DNA from: an uncultured bacterium
GTDB lineage: Bacteria > Planctomycetota > UBA1135 > GCA-002686595
DNA length: 64,000 nt
NCBI GenBank assembly: GCA_943787795.1
Contig: CALSNU010000001.1
Location: 928,001-992,000, forward strand
Reading direction: 5' to 3'
The position numbers were made by a program, and so were the translations under genes. Shown here in pieces: positions 47,910 through 56,771 of the stretch. Within the stretch, counting starts at the first letter, position 1. The number at the start of each line of letters is the position of its first letter. The notes below the pieces were generated by a model. The model did no database searches and was not told the origin of the DNA. It saw nothing but the letters and a program-made list of their open reading frames with translations.

Positions 47910-50900
47910 TCAGGTGAGAAGGAACTCGAGGTCGTCGGGGCCAAGGTCGGAGAGGGTCGTGGCGGCTCCCTCCAGGGCGGTCCTCGCGAGCTCGGACTTG
48001 CGGTCCTGGAGCTCGACCACGCGGGCCTCGACCGTGCCCTCGGTGAGGACGCGGTAGACGTGGACCGGCCGGGTCCGACCGATCCTGTGGGCGCGGTCCA
48101 CGGCCTGGGCCTCGGCGGCGGGGTTCCACCAGGGATCCATCAGGAACACATAGTCGGCCGCGGTCAGGTTGAGGCCGGCGCCGCCGGCCTTGAGGCTGAT
48201 GAGGAACACGCAGCCCTCCGCGGCCGTCTGGAAGCGCTCGACCACGGCGCCGCGGTCCCGGGTGGCACCCTCGAGGACGTGGTAGGGGATGCGCGCGGTC
48301 TCGAGCCGAGTCCGGATGAGGCCGAGCAGCCGGGTGAACGAGGAGAAGACGATGGCCTTGCGTCCGCTGGCCACGAGCTCCTCGAGCATCGGCAGCAGGA
48401 GGTCGAGCTTGCCCGAGCTCTCGGCCACGAGGGATGGATCGACGAGCCCGGGGTGGCAGGCGGCCTGACGCAGCCGGGTCAGGGCCGAGAGCACGTGCAC
48501 CTCCACCTCGCCGGGGTTCTCAAGCCGCTCCTTGCGTCGCTGGCCCTTGCTCTTTGAGAGCTCGGCTCGGAAGTACCTGGAGAGGTCCTCGTAGGTGGTG
48601 CGCTGGGCGTCGCCCATGGGGGCGCTCAGGACCTGTTCGACCTTGGGCGGGAGGTCGGGGAGCACCGCGTCCTTCGTGCGACGGAAGAGGAAGGGGCGCA
48701 GGGCCTTGGCCATGAGGTCGCGCCCCTCCTCCGGGAGGGCGTGGCGGCCCCGCGGAGCGCCCAGGCTCGCGAAGGCGGCGTGGGCCCCCAGCATCCCGGG
48801 GTTGAGGAACTCCAGCTGGGACCACAGGTCGCCCAGGTGGTTCTCCATGGGAGTGCCCGAAAGTGCCAGCCGGCGGCGCGCCCGCAGCGCCCGTGCGGCG
48901 AGGGCGGTCTGGCTGCGGCGAGAGCGGATCGCCTGGGCCTCATCGAGGACCAGGACGTCGAGCTCGGTCTCCTCAACCTGGGTCGCGTCTCGGCGCAGGG
49001 TGCCGTAGGTGGTGACCAGGAGGGAGCCAGGCTTGGCCTGGTCGAGCCGCGTCCAGCGGTCGGGGCCCGTGAAGTCCAGGGTGGCGAGGGTCGGGGCGAA
49101 GCGCGCGGCCTCGTGGAGCCAGTTGAACACCAGGGAGCGCGGGGCGACCACCATGGAGTGTCGACCCTCGCTGCTGGAGGTCCGGCTCAGGAGGTAGGCC
49201 AGGACCTGCACGGTCTTGCCGAGGCCCATCTCGTCGGCGAGGCAGCCCGAGAGGCCGACCCGGTCGAGCGACAGCATCCAGCCGAGCCCCTCCCTTTGAT
49301 ACGGACGCAGCTCCCCTCGGAACTCCGGCGGGGGGGCAGCGGCCACGGGGGCCCCGAGGATTCCGAGCTGCTGGCGGAGGCGAGCGAAGGGCTCGTCCAC
49401 CTCGGCCGCCCGTTGCTCCGCGAGCGCGGCCACGGCCCATGCCTGGGAGGTGTCGAAGCGGACGCCCCCCTCGATCTCCTCCCCGAGCGCGGCGAGCTTC
49501 CAGCGCTCGAGCCAGCGTTCGGGCAGCAGCCCACGTGAGCCGTCACCCAGCTCCACGAAGCCGCGCTCGTTTCGCGCGGCGTCGAGGGCGGCCGGGAAGG
49601 GGACCTCCTCGTCTCCGAAGCGGACGGCCCCCACGAGGTCGAACCAGTCCACGCCGGTGCGGACCGAGAGGTTCACCGACCCCAGGCCCCGGATCACCTG
49701 ATCCCGGGCGGTGACTTGCCAGCCTTCATCCACGAGGGTGCCGACCATTCCGAGGAACTTCCCACCGGGGACCGCGGCGGCGGCTCCGGACCCGCTACCC
49801 GCGGCGCGCCCACCGAGCTCACGGAAGCGGAGGATCGCCGCGGCCTCGAACAGGGGTTGGCGGGGGACCGAGCGGCCCTCGAGGCCGGGCACGACCTTCG
49901 TGCGGTCGTCGGGCCGGACCCTCGTCCCCGAGTAGTCGAAGGTGACCTCGCACTCCACGCGCGCTTCACCCCCGGACTCGAGGGGAGCCTCCGCCCGCAA
50001 GCACGGCACCGGGCGCGGCGGCTCGGCGATCTCTGCCAGCCGAGGGCCGACCAGGGTCGCGGTCCCCGCGATGGCGGAGAGGCTCGGGGCCTCCTCTGCG
50101 GGGAGCTCAAGGGGCCCGGTGGAGAGCTCCAGCACGACGGCGGTCGCCTCGCCGGCCGGGAGCTTCAGGAGCTGCCAGGACCCGCGCAGGATGCACAGCC
50201 CGTCATGGGTCACCCTCGAGACCTCCTCGGCGCGGACGCGCTCCTTCTTGCCGAGGACGAGGCTGGCGTGCACGCGCCAGAGCGCGCGGGACTCGTCCTC
50301 GGCCTCGAGCTCGAGCCCGACGACCTCCTGGAGCTGGAGCCTGATGGGTTCTGGGGGCCCGCCGGAATCAGGGGTCACGAGGAGCGGCGCCGCGGCGGCC
50401 GCCGCCTCGAGGAGCGGGCGCGCGACGTCGCGCGTTACCGAGGCCACGGTCACGCCTCGGTGGGTGGGGTCCCTTCGCCACCCCGCGTCGCTCGCTCCGC
50501 TGGCCACGGCAGCGACCGCGGCATGGGCGGGCCCGAGGAGGGAGAGGTCCACGTCCCCTGCGTCCGCGCCGGAGAACGGGATGGGGACCCAGCTGGCCTC
50601 GGGCCCTCCTCGCTGGACCTGACATTCCAGGCGAGCCTCGAGCCCCTGTCGCCGCTCACCGAAGCGCAGCATGTAGCGGACCTCGATCGTGGCGGGGTCG
50701 GGAGCACGCCAGGGATCGAGGCGCCGGCCGCCCCCAGCCTCGATGCGATGGGTCACACGTTCCAGCCGGGTGAGCCAGCGGGGGGCAGAGCGATCCTGGG
50801 CTCTGGGTGCCTCTTCCTCGTCCAGCGCGGCCAGGGTGGCCTCGAGCAGGGCGACCGCGTGTGGGCAGGTGCCCCGGCGGCGAAAGTCCGCGCAGGGGCA

Positions 50901-51149
50901 GCGGGCGGTGCCCGGATCCTCCCAGTGCAGCTCGATCCGGATCGCCTGTCCCTCATCATCACAGACGGCCGCGGCCCCCCGCTTGTCCACCGAGACGGCC
51001 GTCAGGTGGGCGCCCGCGACCATGCGCCGTGCGCGCTCGCGGACCCGCGCCGTCGCATCTCCCCTGAACTGAGCCAGGAATCGACGCGCCTGGGTCTGGA
51101 TGCTGGCCCGGTCCGAGGGGCTGAGGGGGCGGGGATCAGGGGACGGCAT
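47910..51149 (-). CDS. SWIM zinc-finger SNF2-family helicase (paralog B)
   Basis: CPC...CPH SWIM motif; LADEMGLGKT, DEAQ, SGTPMEN, DPWWNP...DRAHRIG. Start taken at MPSPDP, 7 nt after a TACACT box. Confidence 0.94.
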   Translation of the reverse strand: MPSPDPRPLSPSDRASIQTQARRFLAQFRGDATARVRERARRMVAGAHLTAVSVDKRGAAAVCDDEGQAIRIELHWEDPGTARCPCADFRRRGTCPHAVALLEATLAALDEEEAPRAQDRSAPRWLTRLERVTHRIEAGGGRRLDPWRAPDPATIEVRYMLRFGERRQGLEARLECQVQRGGPEASWVPIPFSGADAGDVDLSLLGPAHAAVAAVASGASDAGWRRDPTHRGVTVASVTRDVARPLLEAAAAAAPLLVTPDSGGPPEPIRLQLQEVVGLELEAEDESRALWRVHASLVLGKKERVRAEEVSRVTHDGLCILRGSWQLLKLPAGEATAVVLELSTGPLELPAEEAPSLSAIAGTATLVGPRLAEIAEPPRPVPCLRAEAPLESGGEARVECEVTFDYSGTRVRPDDRTKVVPGLEGRSVPRQPLFEAAAILRFRELGGRAAGSGSGAAAAVPGGKFLGMVGTLVDEGWQVTARDQVIRGLGSVNLSVRTGVDWFDLVGAVRFGDEEVPFPAALDAARNERGFVELGDGSRGLLPERWLERWKLAALGEEIEGGVRFDTSQAWAVAALAEQRAAEVDEPFARLRQQLGILGAPVAAAPPPEFRGELRPYQREGLGWMLSLDRVGLSGCLADEMGLGKTVQVLAYLLSRTSSSEGRHSMVVAPRSLVFNWLHEAARFAPTLATLDFTGPDRWTRLDQAKPGSLLVTTYGTLRRDATQVEETELDVLVLDEAQAIRSRRSQTALAARALRARRRLALSGTPMENHLGDLWSQLEFLNPGMLGAHAAFASLGAPRGRHALPEEGRDLMAKALRPFLFRRTKDAVLPDLPPKVEQVLSAPMGDAQRTTYEDLSRYFRAELSKSKGQRRKERLENPGEVEVHVLSALTRLRQAACHPGLVDPSLVAESSGKLDLLLPMLEELVASGRKAIVFSSFTRLLGLIRTRLETARIPYHVLEGATRDRGAVVERFQTAAEGCVFLISLKAGGAGLNLTAADYVFLMDPWWNPAAEAQAVDRAHRIGRTRPVHVYRVLTEGTVEARVVELQDRKSELARTALEGAATTLSDLGPDDLEFLLT

Positions 51150-51252
51150 CTGGCACAGTGTAGACGCAGGGCGGCTCCGTGCCGCGCGCTGGTCGGTCGC
51201 AGCCTTCCGTGTGAGGATCTCGTCCGGACCGGCCAGCAACCCGGGGACCTCG

Positions 51253-51281
51253 TTGCCCGTTGATGGGGCCAGCCCTAGACT
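51253..51281 (+). promoter_or_regulatory. Putative sigma70 promoter of the BMC operon
   Basis: TTGCCC-N17-TAGACT, 75 nt upstream of the first shell gene, which has an AGGAG RBS. Confidence 0.55.
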
Positions 51282-51355
51282 TATCGTCCGCATTCCACCG
51301 TGGAGGCCCAGGCGCCGCCGCGACCCCATCTCTCGACGAGCCAGGAGCTCTACCC

Positions 51356-51679
51356 ATGGCGAACCCCGCCGCGACCTCGAGGAAGCCGATGGCCCTCGGC
51401 ATGGTCGAAACCAAAGGACTGGTCGGTGCCATCGAGGCTGCCGACGCCATGGTCAAGGCCGCGATGGTCGAGCTCAGCGGACACGAGCGTGTCTCCGCAG
51501 GGCTCGTGACCTTCTTCGTTCAGGGCGAAGTCGGCGCCGTCAAGGCGGCGACTGACGCCGGAGCGGCGGCCGCTCGCCGGGTCGGCGAGCTCGTCAGCGT
51601 GCACGTGATCCCGCGCCCGCACGACCAACTGTGCAAGATCCTGCCGGAGATGCGCCCGACCTCGGGCGCCTCCAGCTGA
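51356..51679 (+). CDS. BMC hexamer shell protein (BMC-H, EutM/PduA-like)
   Basis: [24 protein letters not shown]...GEVGAVKAA...VHVIPRPH. Confidence 0.97.
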   Translation: MANPAATSRKPMALGMVETKGLVGAIEAADAMVKAAMVELSGHERVSAGLVTFFVQGEVGAVKAATDAGAAAARRVGELVSVHVIPRPHDQLCKILPEMRPTSGASS

Positions 51680-51716
51680 TCGAACCCGGGGGCTCTTGCG
51701 GCCCCCCTGAACGATC

Positions 51717-53639
51717 TTGAAGGGCCTCGATCCGGACCTGCGTGCCTTGCAAGAGGTGCGCGACGCTGTCTCCCGCGCGAAAGCCGCGCAGGAGGTGGCG
51801 GCCTCGTGGACGCAGGAGCAGACGGATCGAGTGTGCGCCGCGATGGCGGCGGCCGCCGCGGCCGCGGCCCACGACCTCGCGCGGCTCGCCGTGGACGAGA
51901 CCGGGATCGGGCGCGTCCACTACAAGATCCTGAAGAACCTGTTCGGTTCAGAGGGCGTCTGGGACTCCATCCGCGACGAGCGGACGGTGGGCTTCGTGGA
52001 GCGCGACGACCGCCGCGGCGTGCATGAGGTTGCGACGCCGGTGGGCGTGGTGGCGGGCATCGTCCCGACCACGAACCCGACGTCCACGTCCATGTACAAG
52101 GCGCTGATCTCGGTGAAGGCGCGCAACGCCGTGGTCATCAGCCCGCACCCCCGGGCCAAGCGCTGCATCGCGGAGACCTGCGAGATCATGCGGCGCGCGA
52201 TCGAGCGCGCAGGGGGGCCGCCCGACCTCGTCGTGTGCCTCAATCACCCGACGATCGAGTCCACGGGCGCGCTCATGAAGCACCGCGACGTGGCCGTCAT
52301 CCTCTCCACCGGCGGCAGCGGCCTGGTGCGCGCGGCCTACTCCAGCGGCAAGCCCGCTTACGGCGTGGGGCCCGGGAACGTGCCGTGCTACGTGGACCGC
52401 TCCGCCGATCTCGGCAAGGCGGCTGAGGCGGTGGTGTCCAGCCAGAGCTTCGACAACGCGACGCTGTGCTGCTCCGAGCAGGCGCTGGTGCTCGACCGGC
52501 CGATCGCCCAGCGCTTCCTCGCGGAGATGCAGGCGCGCGGGGCCCACGTCGCCACCGACGCCGAGCGCAAGCGGCTCGAGGCCTTCTGCAACCGCGGCGG
52601 CCAGATGAACGCGGACATCGTCGGCATCGACCCCTGGCGGGTCGCCGATCAGGCGGGCTTCCATGTGCCCCAGTCGACCACGGTCCTGCTCGCCTTCCAA
52701 GACGGCGTCGGGCGAGATCACCCGCTCTCCATCGAGATCCTCTGCCCGCTCCTCTCCGTGCACGTGGTCGACGGCTGGGAAGAGGGCTGCCGGGTCTCGA
52801 AGCAGATGCTTCACTTCGGCGGGCTCGGGCACACCATGAGCCTCCACGCCATGGACCAGGAGGTGCTCGACTCCTTCTTCCTGCAGAAGCCCGCGAGCCG
52901 GATTGTTGCGAACGGGCCCTCCTCGATGGGGGCCGTGGGCTTCTCCACCAACCTGGTCCCGTCCTTCTCCCTGGGCTGCGGTCCGCAGGCGGGGAACATC
53001 ACGAGCGACAACATCTCCGCTCGTCACCTGGTGAATATCAAGCGCGTCGCGTTCCCGACGGGCGACTGGAAGGAGCGTGAGCGCAAGGCCCACGAGCGCG
53101 CGGCCTCCATGACCGGCGCCGGGATGCCTCGCGGGTCGATGATGGATGGAGACCCGGGCCACCGGGGGTCCACCGCGCCGGTCCCGAACCTGCCGGCGGC
53201 CCCCGCGCCGACCCCTCGGGTCCCCGGGGGGACCTCGTTCACGCCCCCTGCTCCCCCTGTCGTGAGCGCTCGTCCGGCGGCCCCCGCACACCGTCCCGCT
53301 CCTCCGGTCGTGAAGGCCCCCGCTGCGCGGCCCGCCGCTTTGGCCCCGGCCGGTCCCGACCCCACGAAGGTCGGCGGCCTCGGCTCGGCGCCGCGCTTCA
53401 CGTCCGATCGACCGGCTGCGGCTGGATCTGCGGCTGGATCTGCGGCTGGAGCCGCCGGCAGAGCGGCCGCGCCCCAGGCCCCGGCAGCGCCTCCGGCCAG
53501 GCCCCAGGCCGAGTCGGGCGTCTCCCTCTCCTCCTCGGAGATCGAGAAGATGCTCGAGAATGCCGGCGCTGGCTGCCCGCTCGGCCCGTGCCAGGGCTGC
53601 CCGCACCACGACGTCCAATCCCACACGTGCACCGCCTGA
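51717..53639 (+). CDS. CoA-acylating aldehyde dehydrogenase (AdhE-N/EutE/PduP-type) with Pro/Ala linker and Cys-rich tail
   Basis: [38 protein letters not shown], catalytic [16 protein letters not shown]...GNITSDN; TTG start. Confidence 0.93.
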   Translation: MKGLDPDLRALQEVRDAVSRAKAAQEVAASWTQEQTDRVCAAMAAAAAAAAHDLARLAVDETGIGRVHYKILKNLFGSEGVWDSIRDERTVGFVERDDRRGVHEVATPVGVVAGIVPTTNPTSTSMYKALISVKARNAVVISPHPRAKRCIAETCEIMRRAIERAGGPPDLVVCLNHPTIESTGALMKHRDVAVILSTGGSGLVRAAYSSGKPAYGVGPGNVPCYVDRSADLGKAAEAVVSSQSFDNATLCCSEQALVLDRPIAQRFLAEMQARGAHVATDAERKRLEAFCNRGGQMNADIVGIDPWRVADQAGFHVPQSTTVLLAFQDGVGRDHPLSIEILCPLLSVHVVDGWEEGCRVSKQMLHFGGLGHTMSLHAMDQEVLDSFFLQKPASRIVANGPSSMGAVGFSTNLVPSFSLGCGPQAGNITSDNISARHLVNIKRVAFPTGDWKERERKAHERAASMTGAGMPRGSMMDGDPGHRGSTAPVPNLPAAPAPTPRVPGGTSFTPPAPPVVSARPAAPAHRPAPPVVKAPAARPAALAPAGPDPTKVGGLGSAPRFTSDRPAAAGSAAGSAAGAAGRAAAPQAPAAPPARPQAESGVSLSSSEIEKMLENAGAGCPLGPCQGCPHHDVQSHTCTA

Positions 53640-53682
53640 TCGCGGACACGTCTTTCCCTGAACCGAATCTACAAGTCATCCC

Positions 53683-53964
53683 ATGGCTACTGAATCCCAG
53701 ATCGCCCTCGGCCTGATCGAGACCAAGGGTCTCGTCGGCTCCGTCGAGGCCGCTGACGCGATGTGCAAGGCCGCCAAGGTCACGCTCCTCTCCAAGGAGA
53801 AGTCCGGCGCAGGCCTCGTCACCGTGATGGTGCGCGGCGAGGTCGGCGCGGTGAAGGCCGCGACCGAGGCCGGCGCTGCCGCTGCCCGCCGCGTCGGCGA
53901 GCTCGTCAGCGTGCACGTCATCCCGCGTCCGTCCTCGGACCTCGAAGGCTACCTGCCCGAGTAG
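53683..53964 (+). CDS. BMC hexamer shell protein (BMC-H)
   Basis: [24 protein letters not shown]...VHVIPRP. Confidence 0.97.
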   Translation: MATESQIALGLIETKGLVGSVEAADAMCKAAKVTLLSKEKSGAGLVTVMVRGEVGAVKAATEAGAAAARRVGELVSVHVIPRPSSDLEGYLPE

Positions 53965-53971
53965 GCCGTAC

Positions 53972-54622
53972 TTGTCCGGAACGCTTCATGCCGTGGAGCT
54001 CCGCGGTGCGGTTCATCTCGACCAGATGCAGCCGCAGCTCACCGCGATCAGCGCCCTGAAGTCGGACGGCTACTTCCCCGTGGAGGGGGATAGCGCGTTC
54101 TGGCTAGAGGTGCGCCCCGGCATCGTGGTGAATCGGCTGCTCGACATCGCGCTCAAGCGCTGCGACGTCACGCCCGGAGCGCTCACCACCGAGCGTCACT
54201 ACGGCAGCCTCGAGGTGCACGGTCCGGACCAGGGCCAGGTCCTCCAGGCGGGCGCCGAGGTGCTCAAGGCGATCGGGCGCAGCTGGGCCGACCAGCCCGC
54301 GCCGGAGGTGCTGGCCGACGAGGTCATCCGCAAGGTCACCTCGCACCACGCCAACCTCCTCAACCAGGCCAGGGCCGGCATGCTGGTCCTCGGGGACGAC
54401 GCCGTCTACACCCTGGAGGTGTCGCCCGCCGTGCACGTGGTGCGCTGCGCCAACGAGGCCGAGAAAGCGGCCCCGATCCGGATCGCGTCCATGCGCACCA
54501 CCGGCGCGGTCGGCCGGCTTCGACTGGCCGGCGGCGACGCCGAGATCGACGAGGCTGTCAAGGCCGTGCGTCGCGCCCTCGAGACCGTCCGAGAGGACCC
54601 CAGCCGGGCGGGAGGGCGCTGA
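53972..54622 (+). CDS. BMC trimer shell protein, double-stacking permuted type (BMC-Tdp, CcmP/CsoS1D-like)
   Basis: LDQMQPQL, LEVRPG, ERHYGSLEVH..DQG.V, ANEAEKAA, GAVGRLRLAG; TTG start. Confidence 0.88.
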   Translation: MSGTLHAVELRGAVHLDQMQPQLTAISALKSDGYFPVEGDSAFWLEVRPGIVVNRLLDIALKRCDVTPGALTTERHYGSLEVHGPDQGQVLQAGAEVLKAIGRSWADQPAPEVLADEVIRKVTSHHANLLNQARAGMLVLGDDAVYTLEVSPAVHVVRCANEAEKAAPIRIASMRTTGAVGRLRLAGGDAEIDEAVKAVRRALETVREDPSRAGGR

Positions 54623-54624
54623 TC

Positions 54625-54948
54625 ATGTTCCTTGGACGCGTCGTCGGGCAGGTCTGGGCTACGCGAGAGGTGGAAGACCTCAGGGGTAAGCGACTGCTGG
54701 TGATCGAGGCCGTCGACGACGCCTCGGACCCTGGTGCGCCCAAGGTCACGCCGGTCATCGCCGTGGACCCGGTCGGCGCGGACGTTGGCGAACACGTCAT
54801 GGTCGCCTTCGGCAAGGCCGCCCGGGTGGCATGCGGCGGCGATGGGGATCTCGCCTACGAGGCCGCCATCGTGGGCATCGTGGATGACGTCCACGCCCCG
54901 GGTGCGCCCGAGTCGTGGAGGCCCGAGTCGGCCAGGGGGCGCGCCTGA
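54625..54948 (+). CDS. BMC pentamer vertex protein (EutN/CcmL family)
   Basis: MFLGRVVGQVWAT, IAVDPVGADVGEHV, AAIVGIVD. Confidence 0.96.
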   Translation: MFLGRVVGQVWATREVEDLRGKRLLVIEAVDDASDPGAPKVTPVIAVDPVGADVGEHVMVAFGKAARVACGGDGDLAYEAAIVGIVDDVHAPGAPESWRPESARGRA

Positions 54949-55259
54949 TGCACGTCGCCACCGTCATCGGCTCTGTCTGGGCCACGAAGAAGGACGCCTC
55001 GCTCGATGGCCTGCGGCTGCTCGTCGTCCGCCCTTACACCACGGACGGCAAGCCGTCCGCCGAGACCATGATCGCTGCCGACCCGATCGGCGCGGGGGAG
55101 GGCGAGCGAGTCCTCGTCGTGCACGGTCGAGCGGCGCGGCACGCCATAGGCAAGGGCCACGACATCGGCTTTCAGACGGCCGTCGTGGGCATCATCGACC
55201 GGATGGATCTCTCCGATGGCCGAACCGTCGGCCCGCACGTCGACTTTGACGAGGGCTGA
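54948..55259 (+). CDS. Second BMC pentamer vertex protein (EutN/CcmL family)
   Basis: MHVATVIGSVWATKK, AADPIGAGEGERV, AVVGIID. ATG overlaps the previous TGA. Confidence 0.96.
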   Translation: MHVATVIGSVWATKKDASLDGLRLLVVRPYTTDGKPSAETMIAADPIGAGEGERVLVVHGRAARHAIGKGHDIGFQTAVVGIIDRMDLSDGRTVGPHVDFDEG

Positions 55260-55331
55260 CCCGGCCCGGCACAGAACAGCGCACAGAACACCCGACTCCA
55301 GGATTCAGCAAACGCACGGGGACGACCCGCC

Positions 55332-55929
55332 ATGCAGAACAACGACCACAATCCGACGCTCTCCGGAGCGGAACTGCAGCCCGCCATCGCGCTGCTCGAG
55401 ACCGCGAGCGTCGCGGCCGGGATCGAGATGACGGACGCGATCCTCTGGGAGTCCGACATCGAACTCCTGTTCGCCACGCCCGTCCAGCCCGGCAAGTACG
55501 TGGTGCTCTTCACCGGAAGCATCGAGGACCTGCGCAGCGCCCTGCGGCGCGGGGCCGAGGTGGCCCGTGGGGACCTCGTCGACCAGCTGCTGATCCCCCA
55601 GGTGGAGGCGGGCGTCTGCGAGGCGCTGCGCCGCCAGGGGCAGCCGCTCCCGGACGGCGAGCTGGACGCGGTCGGGGTGGTGGAGACCACCACCGTCGCC
55701 GCCAGCATCCTCGCCGCCGACATTGCCCTCAAGGAGGCGAGCGTCGACCTGCTCGACCTGCGCGTGGCCAACGGGCTCGGCGGGAAGAGCTTCCTGACGA
55801 TCACCGGCGAGGTGAGCGACGTGCGGAGCTCGGTGCAGGGCCGCCGCTGGCAGCGCGGACTCCTCCGGGCGCCTCGCCCGTCACGTGGTCATCCCGCGTC
55901 CGCACCCCGAGCTCTCGGCGCACCTCTGA
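55332..55929 (+). CDS. PduT-like tandem-domain BMC-T shell protein; apparent +1 frameshift at GGG 55838-55840
   Basis: AIALLETASVAAG, PGKY, GLGGK. Removing one G restores the canonical end QAAAGSADSSGRLARHVVIPRPHPELSAHL* (198 aa). Confidence 0.9.
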
Positions 55930-55955
55930 TCCCTCGAGGTCGGGCGGAGTGATTC

Positions 55956-56250
55956 ATGGCGTCGAGGAAGAAGCTCGTGACGGAGGCGGACGTGCGGCGC
56001 ATGGCGTCCGGCACGCGCGAGCTTGTCCTTGGCCCCGAACGGATCGCGACCCCCCGCGGCCCTCGACCTCGCCTTCTCCAGGGGCATGAAGGTGATCTAC
56101 GCGGAGGCCGACGCGGCGTCTCCGCTTCCCAGCGATCTGTGGTCGCGCATCAAGTCCAGGGACGGCACCTACGTCGTCCAGGTCGAGAGCGGACGGGCCA
56201 CCGTCACGCGGCTCGGCCCGGCCGGCCCCGAGCCCATCGGCGGAGAGTGA
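55956..56250 (+). CDS. Small BMC-associated protein with EutQ/EutT N-terminal-like module; apparent +1 frameshift in C6 run 56050-56055
   Basis: Joining the two overlapping ORFs gives KKLVTEADVRR...IATPAALDLAFSRGMKV...(97 aa). Confidence 0.75.
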
Positions 56251-56257
56251 ACGAGCT

Positions 56258-56758
56258 ATGACCAAGAGATTCCTGACAGCTGAGGACGTCCGGCGACTCG
56301 GCGGCCCCGAGATCCTCCTCGAGGAGGGGACCGTCGTGACGCCCCAGGCCGCGGAGGCGGCGGCCACCGCGGGCGTCCGCCTCATTGGCCCCGCGGGCGC
56401 TTACGCGCCGCCGCTCCCCGACAGGGGACCGGACGCGGCGCGGGCCAAGGCGACCCTGCCCCACCTCCCCGAGCCCTCGACCACCGATGGCATCGGGCTG
56501 GTGGTGACCGTCGTCGGGCGCAACCGACCCGGCGTCCTCGCCGAGATCACGGCCGCCCTCGCGTCCCACGAGTGCGACGTGGCGGACATCAGCCAGCGCA
56601 ACGTCGGCGGCTACTTCCACACGGTGTTCACCTGCGCCGTGCCCCCCGGACGAGACTTCGGTTCGGTCAAAGACAGCCTCCAGTGCCTCGGCGGGGAGGG
56701 CGACTACGTCGTCCGCGTCATGCACGAGAGCGTCTTCCGCTTCATGCACCGCGTCTAG
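56258..56758 (+). CDS. ACT-domain protein (UPF0237-like) fused to an N-terminal EutQ/EutT-like module
   Basis: N-terminal [10 protein letters not shown]...[10 protein letters not shown]...GVRL; C-terminal [17 protein letters not shown]...DISQ...GYF...[11 protein letters not shown]. Confidence 0.88.
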   Translation: MTKRFLTAEDVRRLGGPEILLEEGTVVTPQAAEAAATAGVRLIGPAGAYAPPLPDRGPDAARAKATLPHLPEPSTTDGIGLVVTVVGRNRPGVLAEITAALASHECDVADISQRNVGGYFHTVFTCAVPPGRDFGSVKDSLQCLGGEGDYVVRVMHESVFRFMHRV

Positions 56759-56771
56759 CGGAGGACCCACG

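Noticed and set aside
43042..51149. SNF2 pair as an anti-phage defence island
   Set aside because: No methylase, nuclease, compositional shift or mobility genes; SWIM-SNF2 proteins are widespread chromosomal genes.
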